NCBI GenBank assembly: GCA_964035545.1
Contig: CAXIUT010000103.1
Span: forward strand, 1 to 64,000
Direction of reading: 5' to 3'
Length of the DNA: 64,000 bases
Source of the DNA: Bugula neritina
Lineage: Eukaryota; Animalia; Bryozoa
Every line of letters starts with the position of its first letter. Within the stretch, counting starts at the first letter, position 1. This document shows positions 56,901 to 64,000 of this stretch, one piece after another. Made by a program: the position numbers and the translations under genes. The notes below the pieces were generated by a model that saw nothing but the letters and a program-made list of their open reading frames with translations, was not told the DNA's origin and ran no database searches.

Positions 56901-59900
56901 ATAAACAATGATAAAATATTCATTGTTGGTACTACTGAGTAGAATAAAATATAATATAATATTTTCTTGACAGATAAATAATATCATATACAGAATCTAA
57001 CTTACCATAAATCTACAGTGCTTCACATCTTCACCTTTTTCTGCAATGTTATTTCTTTGCAGTTAGAAGTACTAGCTGAATATATGACTATGAAACATAA
57101 CCCTTCAATTTCATTGCACCAGCACCAGTTGCAAGATAGGTGTGTTGGGAGTTATCTTTCCCAAAATTTTGTTCTTGGTGTTTATACGAAGCAGACACAG
57201 GCTAATATTAGTTTTGTTATTTGCAAGAGTTTTTCTGTCTGATTGTCCATCGGCAAAAGTTTGCGCCTTGCAGTTATTATGGAAATACCAGTGATGCTGG
57301 AAGACCTTTGCATTGTACACCAGCCTTTACTATTGAATTTAGATGTTTTAGTTTCCCATCCCCTCTCCTGCCCCCCTGTCCCCTCTAACAACCGGCAATC
57401 CTGACTCATGTGAAATGTGTTATTGTTCTAGAGTTGGCCCATGGGCCTACAGTATACGATTTGAAGCTTTATAGTTTACAGGCAGTCGAGATGAGTCACT
57501 GCTGAAACCCATTTTTTTAGTAGACTCTATTGCTCTTCAATCATCAGTTTTCATATTAAAAGAGAAAGCTCATCTGCAGCGCCATTTCACAGTGTTATAT
57601 TTTGCTAGAGCAATAACTAATTTTAGATGCCTTTGCAAACATATGAGAAATAAATGAGTCATTCTATGAAAAGAGGTGTTTGCAGCAATTGTCCACTTTT
57701 GATTTACGAGCGGCATGGAAACTTTTGTAGTTTGAAATAATATCTCCAAACTCATCACTTGCATGTGTTTAGATACTTGATAAACTTTTTTATGCAAAAC
57801 TTGATGCCTGCTTCAAAGACACCAGTGCTTAAATACTGTGTTAACTGTATTGGCACGTTGCCATGAGATATTTGGTGATATTTCGCATCACAACAAACTC
57901 TTCAGAAAGTTAAGAAAATAAGTCTAGAAAGTTAATGAAATAAACCTACCAGAGAGAGTAAGCCAGATGTAACAAGTAGATCCAAAACAAGTTGATTAAC
58001 AATTGAAGTTGAAATCTCCATGTAGTCAACACTTTAGTCCTAATGTCAAATGCAAGCGTCTGCAACCAAACTGTGTAGACTTCATGAGCTGGTTAGCTGA
58101 CAGGACTCATTAAAGTTCTTAACTCTTGTGTGTATAGTGATGCCCATCTTGAACTAGAGAGGGGTGACTGAAGACTGCTACTTTGTGAAAATTGACAATG
58201 CATATTATTATTATTCATTGTTGAGATTCACGACTGCCATAAACAATGATAAAATATTCATTGTTGGTACTACTGAGTAGAATAAAATATAATATAATAT
58301 TATTTTCTGGACAGACAAATAATATCAAATGCATATTATAACTTACCATAAATCTACAGTGCTTCACATCTTCACCTTTTTCTGCAATGTTATTTCTTTG
58401 CAGTTAGAAGTACTAGCTGAATATATGACTATGAAACATAACCCTTCAATTTCATTGCACCAGCACCAGTTGCAAGATAGGTGTGTTGAGAGTTATCTTT
58501 CCCAAAATTTTGTTCTTGGTGTTTATACGAAGCAGACACAGGCTAATATTAGTTTTGTTATTTGCAAGAGTATTTCTGTCTGATTGTCCATCGGCAAAAG
58601 TTTGCGCCTTGCAGTTATTATGGAAATACCAGTGATGCTGGAAGACCTTTGCATTGTACACCCGCCTTTACTATTGAATTTAGATGTTTTATTTTCCCAT
58701 CCCCTCTCCTGCCCCCCTGTCCCCTCTAACAACCAGCAATCCTGACTCATGTGAATTGTGTTATTGTTCTAGAGTTGGCCCATGGGCCCACAGTATACGA
58801 TTTGAAGCTTTATAGTTTACAGGCAGTCGAGATGAGTCACTGCTGAAACCCATTTTATTAGTAGACTATATTGCTCTTCAATCATCAGTTTTCATATTAA
58901 AAGAGAAAGCTCATCTGCAGCGCCATTTCACAGTGTTATGTTTTGCTAGAGCAATAACTACTTTTAGATGCCTTTGCAAACATATGAGAAATAAATGAGT
59001 CATTCTATGAAAAGAGGTGTTTGCAGCACTTGTCCACTTTTGATTTACACGCGGCATGGAAACTTTTGTAGTTTTAAATAATGTCTCCAAATTCATCACT
59101 TGCATGTGTTTAGATACTTGATGAAAATTTTTATGCAATACTTGATGCCTGCTTCAAAGACACCAGTGCTTAATTACTGTGGTAACTGTATTGGCACGTT
59201 GCCATGAGATATTTGGTAATATTTCGCATCACAACAAACTCTTCAGAAAGTTAAGAAAATCAGTCTAGAAAGTTAATGAAATAAACCTACCAGAGAGAGT
59301 AAGCCAGATGTGACAAGTAGATCCAAAACAAGTTGATTAACAATTGAAGTTGAAATCTCCATGTAGTCAACACTTTAGTCCTAATGTCAAATGCAAGCGT
59401 CTGCAACCAAACTGTGTAGACTTCATGAGCTGGTTAGCTGACAGGACTCATTAAAGTTCTTAACTCTTGTGTGTATAGTGATGCCCATCTTGAACTAGAG
59501 AGGGGTGACTGAAGACTGCTACTTTGTGAAAATTGACAATGCATATTATTATTATTCATTGTTGAGATTCACGACTGCCATAAACAATGATAAAATATTC
59601 ATTGTTGGTACTACTGAGTAGAATAAAATACAATATAATATTATTTTCTGGACAGACAAATAATATCAAATGCATATTATAACTTACCATAAATCTACAG
59701 TGCTTCACATCTTCACCTTTTTCTGCAATGTTATTTCTTTGCAGTTAGAAGTACTAGCTGAATATATGACTATGAAACATAACCCTTCAATTTCATTGCA
59801 CCAGCACCAGTTGCAAGATAGGTGTGTTGGGAGTTATCTTTCCCAAAGTTTTGTTCTTGGTGTTTATACGAAGCAGACACAGGCTATTATTAGTTTTGTT

Positions 59901-62900
59901 ATTTGCAAGAGTTTTTCTGTCTGATTGTCCATCGGCAAAAGTTTGCGCCTTGCAGTTATTATGGAAATACCAGTGATGCTGGAAGACCTTTGCATTGTAC
60001 ACCCGCCTTTACTATTGAATTTAGATGTTTTATTTTCCCATCCCCTCTCCTGCCCCCCTGTCCCCTCTAACAACCAGCAATCCTGACTCATGTGAATTGT
60101 GTTATTGTTCTAGAGTTGGCCCATGGGCCCACAGTATACGATTTGAAGCTTTTTAGTTTACAGGCAGTCGAGATGAGTCACTGCTGAAACCCATTTTATT
60201 AGTAGACTATATTGCTCTTCAATCATCAGTTTTCATATTAAAAGAAAAAAGCTCATCCGCAGCGCCATTTCACAGTGTTATGTTTTGCTAGAGCAATAAC
60301 TACTTTTAGATGCCTTTGCAAACATATGAGAAGTAAATGAGTCATTCTATGAAAAGAGGTGTTTGCAGCACTTGTCCACTTTTGATCTACACGCGGCATG
60401 GAAACTTTTGTAGTTTTAATTAATGTCTCCAAATTCATCACTTGCATGTGTTTAGATACTTGATGAAAATTTTTATGCAAAACTTGATGCCTGCTTCAAA
60501 GACACCAGTGCTTAATTACTGTGTTAACTGTATTGGCACGTTGCCATGAGATATTTGGTAATATTTCGCATCACAACAAACTCTTCAGAAAGTTAAGAAA
60601 ATCAGTCTAGAAAGTTAATGAAATAAACCTACCAGAGAGAGTAAGCCAGATGTAACAAGTAGATCCAAAACAAGTTGATTAACAATTGAAGTTGAAGTCT
60701 CCATGTAGTCAACACTTTAGTCCTAACGTCAAATGCAAACGTCTGCAACCAAACTGTGAAGACTTCATGAGCTGGTTAGCTGACAGGACACATTAAAGTT
60801 CTTAACTCTTGTGTGTATAGTGATGCCCATCTTGAACTAGAGAGGGCTGACTGAAGACTGCTACTTTGTGAAAATTGACAATGCATATTATTGTTATTCA
60901 TTGTTGAGATTCACGACTGCCATAAACAATGATAAAATATTCTTTGTTGGTACTACTGAGTAAAATAAAATATAATATAATATTGTTTTCTGGACAGAAA
61001 AGTAATATCAAATGCATATTATAACTTACCATAAATCTACAGTGCTTCACATCTTCACCTTTTTTTGCAATGTTATTTCTTTGCAGTTAGAAGTACTAGC
61101 TGAATATATGACTATGAAACATAACCCTTCAATTTCATTGCACCAGCACCAGTTGCAAGATAGGTGTGTTGGGAGTTATCTTTCCTAAAAATTTGTTCTT
61201 GGTGTTTATACGAAGCAGACACAGGCTATTATTAGTTTTGTTATTTGCAAGAGTTTTTCTGTCTGATTGTCCATCAGCAAAAGTTTGCGCCTTGCAGTTA
61301 TTATGGAAATACCAGTGATGCTGGAAGACCTTTGCATTGTACACCCGCCTTGACTATTGAATTTAGATGTTTTATTTTCCCATCCCCTCTCCCGCCCCCC
61401 TGTCCCCTCTAACAACCGGCAATCCTGACTCATGTGAATTGTGTTATTGTTCTAGAGTTGGCCCATGGGCCTACAGTATACGATTTGAAGCTTTATAGTT
61501 TACAGGCAGTCGAGATGAGTCACTGCTGAAACCCATTTTATTAGTAGACTATATTGCTCTTCAATCATCAGTTTTCATATTAAAAGAGAAAGCTCATCTG
61601 CAGCGCCATTTCACAGTGTTATGTTTTGCTAGAGCAATAACTACTTTTAGATGCCTTTGCAAACATATGAGAAGTAAATGAGTCATTCTATGAAAAGAGG
61701 TGTTTGCAGCACTTGTCCACTTTTGATCTACACGCGGCATGGAAACTTTTGTAGTTTTAAATAATGTCTCCAAATTCATCACTTGCATGTGTTTAGATAC
61801 TTGATGAAAATTTTTATGCAAAACTTGATGCCTGCTTCAAAGACACCAGTGCTTAATTACTGTGTTAACTGTATTGGCACGTTGCCATGAGATATTTGGT
61901 AATATTTCGCATCACAACAAACTCTTCAGAAAGTTAAGAAAATCAGTCTAGAAAGTTAATGAAATAAACCTACCAGAGAGAGTAAGCCAGATGTAACAAG
62001 TAGATCCAAAACAAGTTGATTAACAATTGAAGTTGAAGTCTCCATGTAGTCAACACTTTAGTCCTAACGTCAAATGCAAACGTCTGCAACCACACTGTGA
62101 AGACTTCATGAGCTGGTTAGCTGACAGGACACATTAAAGTTCTTAACTCTTGTGTGTATAGTGATGCCCATCTTGAACTAGAGAGGGCTGACTGAAGACT
62201 GCTACTTTGTGAAAATTGACAATGCATATTATTGTTATTCATTGTTGAGATTCACGACTGCCATAAACAATGATAAAATATTCTTTGTTGGTACTACTGA
62301 GTAAAATAAAATATAATATAATATTGTTTTCTGGACAGAAAAGTAATATCAAATGCATATTATAACTTACCATAAATCTACAGTGCTTCACATCTTCACT
62401 TTTTTCTGCAATGTTATTTCTTTGCAGTTGAAAGTACTGGCTGAATATATGACTATGAAACATGACCCTTCAATTTCATTGCACCAGCACCAGTTGCAAG
62501 ATAGGTGTGTTGGGAGTTATCTTTCCCAAAATTTTGTTCTTGGTGTTTATACGAAGCAGACACAGGCTAATATTAGTTTTGTTATTTGCAAGAGTTTTTC
62601 TGTCTGATTGTCCATCAGCAAAAGTTTGCGCCTTGCAGTTATTATGGAAATACCAGTGATGCTGGAAGACCTTTGCATTGTACACCCGCCTTTACTATTG
62701 AATTTAGATGTTTTATTTTCCCATCCCCTCTCCTGCCCTCCTGTCCCCTCTAACAACCAGCAATCCTGACTCTTGTGAATTGTGTTATTGTTCTAGAGTT
62801 GGCCCATGGGCCCACAGTATACGATTTGAAGCTTTATAGTTTACAGGCAGTCGAGATGAGTCACTGCTGAAACCCATTTTATTAGTAGACTATATTGCTC

Positions 62901-64000
62901 TTCAATCATCAGTTTTCATATTAAAAGAGAAAGCTCATCTGCAGCGCCATTTCACAGTGTCATGTTTTGCTAGAGCAATAACTACTTTTAGATGCCTTTG
63001 CAAACATATGAGAAGTAAATGAGTCATTCTATGAAAAGAGGTGTTTGCAGCACTTGTCCACTTTTGATTTACACGCGGCATGGAAACTTTTGTAGTTTTA
63101 AATAATGTCTCCAAATTCATCACTTGCATGTGTTTAGATACTTGATGAAAATTTTTATGCAAAACTTGATGCCTGCTTCAAAGACACCAGTGCTTAATTA
63201 CTGTGTTAACTGTATTGGCACGTTGCCATGAGATATTTGGTAATATTTCGCATCACAACAAACTCTTCAGAAAGTTAAGAAAATCAGTCTAGAAAGTTAA
63301 TGAAATAAACCTACCAGAGAGAGTAAGCCAGATGTAACAAGTAGATCCAAAACAAGTTGATTAACAATTGAAGTTGAAGTCTCCATGTAGTCAACACTTT
63401 AGTCCTAACATCAAATGCAAACGTCTGCAACCAAACTGTGAAGACTTCATGAGCTGGTTAGCTGACAGGACACATTAAAGTTCTTAACTCTTGTGTGTAT
63501 AGTGATGCCCATCTTGAACTAGAGAGGGCTGACTGAAGACTGCTACTTTGTGAAAATTGACAATGCATATTATTATTATTCATTGTTGAGATTCACGACT
63601 GCCATAAACAATGATAAAATATTCTTTGTTGGTACTACTGAGTAAAATAAAATATAATATAATATTGTTTTCTGGACAGGAAAGTAATATCAAATGCATA
63701 TTATAACTTACCATAAATCTACAGTGCTTCACATCTTCACCTTTTTTTGCAATGTTATTTCTTTGCAGTTAGAAGTACTAGCTGAATGTATGACTATGAA
63801 ACATAACCCTTCAATTTCATTGCACCAGCACCAGTTGCAAGATAGGTGTGTTGGGAGTTATCTTTCCCAAAATTTTGTTCTTGGTGTTTATACGAAGCAG
63901 ACACAGGCTAATATTAGTTTTGTTATTTGCAAGAGTTTTTCTGTCTGATTGTCCATCAGCAAAAGTTTGTGCCTTGCAGTTATTATGGAAATACCAGTGA

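Larger units (their letters stand above)
1..64000. repeat. Tandem array (macrosatellite) of a 1341-bp monomer, ~47.7 copies, head-to-tail
   Basis: The same sequence and ORF set recur every 1341 bp (MYNAK ORF at 810, 2151, 3492 ... 62476). Steps of 1338 occur at 18240, 20919, 37008, 46392, 54435, 55773 and 57111, and a step of 1342 at 61135. Copies differ almost only by substitutions. Confidence 0.99.

Noticed and set aside
1-64000. CRISPR array, 5S/45S rDNA or histone gene repeat
   Set aside because: No short repeat with unique spacers, and no rRNA or histone sequence recognisable in the monomer.

Overview
The whole 64 kb window is one uninterrupted head-to-tail tandem array (macrosatellite) of an AT-rich (about one-third GC by spot count), CpG-poor 1341-bp monomer. 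It has 47 complete units plus a partial 48th starting at 63008. Seven units are 1338 bp and one is 1342 bp, and no array edge, inversion or inserted element is visible. It looks eukaryotic (inference). I recognise no protein gene, rRNA, tRNA, snRNA or CRISPR, and the short ORFs repeated in each unit vary neutrally. The informative structure is at two scales. (1) Across the array, monomer variants form nested local higher-order repeats (2-mers, a 3-mer, a 7-mer contracting to a 6-mer) with a homogenised core flanked on both sides by units sharing older alleles. (2) Within the monomer there is a compact module (G-quadruplex/GC-box tract, three AP-1-type TGASTCA sites, a 12-bp palindrome), a SOX/HMG-motif cluster, and a minus-strand ATG|GTAAGT donor with a candidate 74-nt intron that coincides with the most variable part of the unit. 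One unit near the right end has both stop codons upstream of that donor replaced by Gln codons. Functional readings are hypotheses, and HOR block boundaries are approximate because they were read by eye from diagnostic variants.
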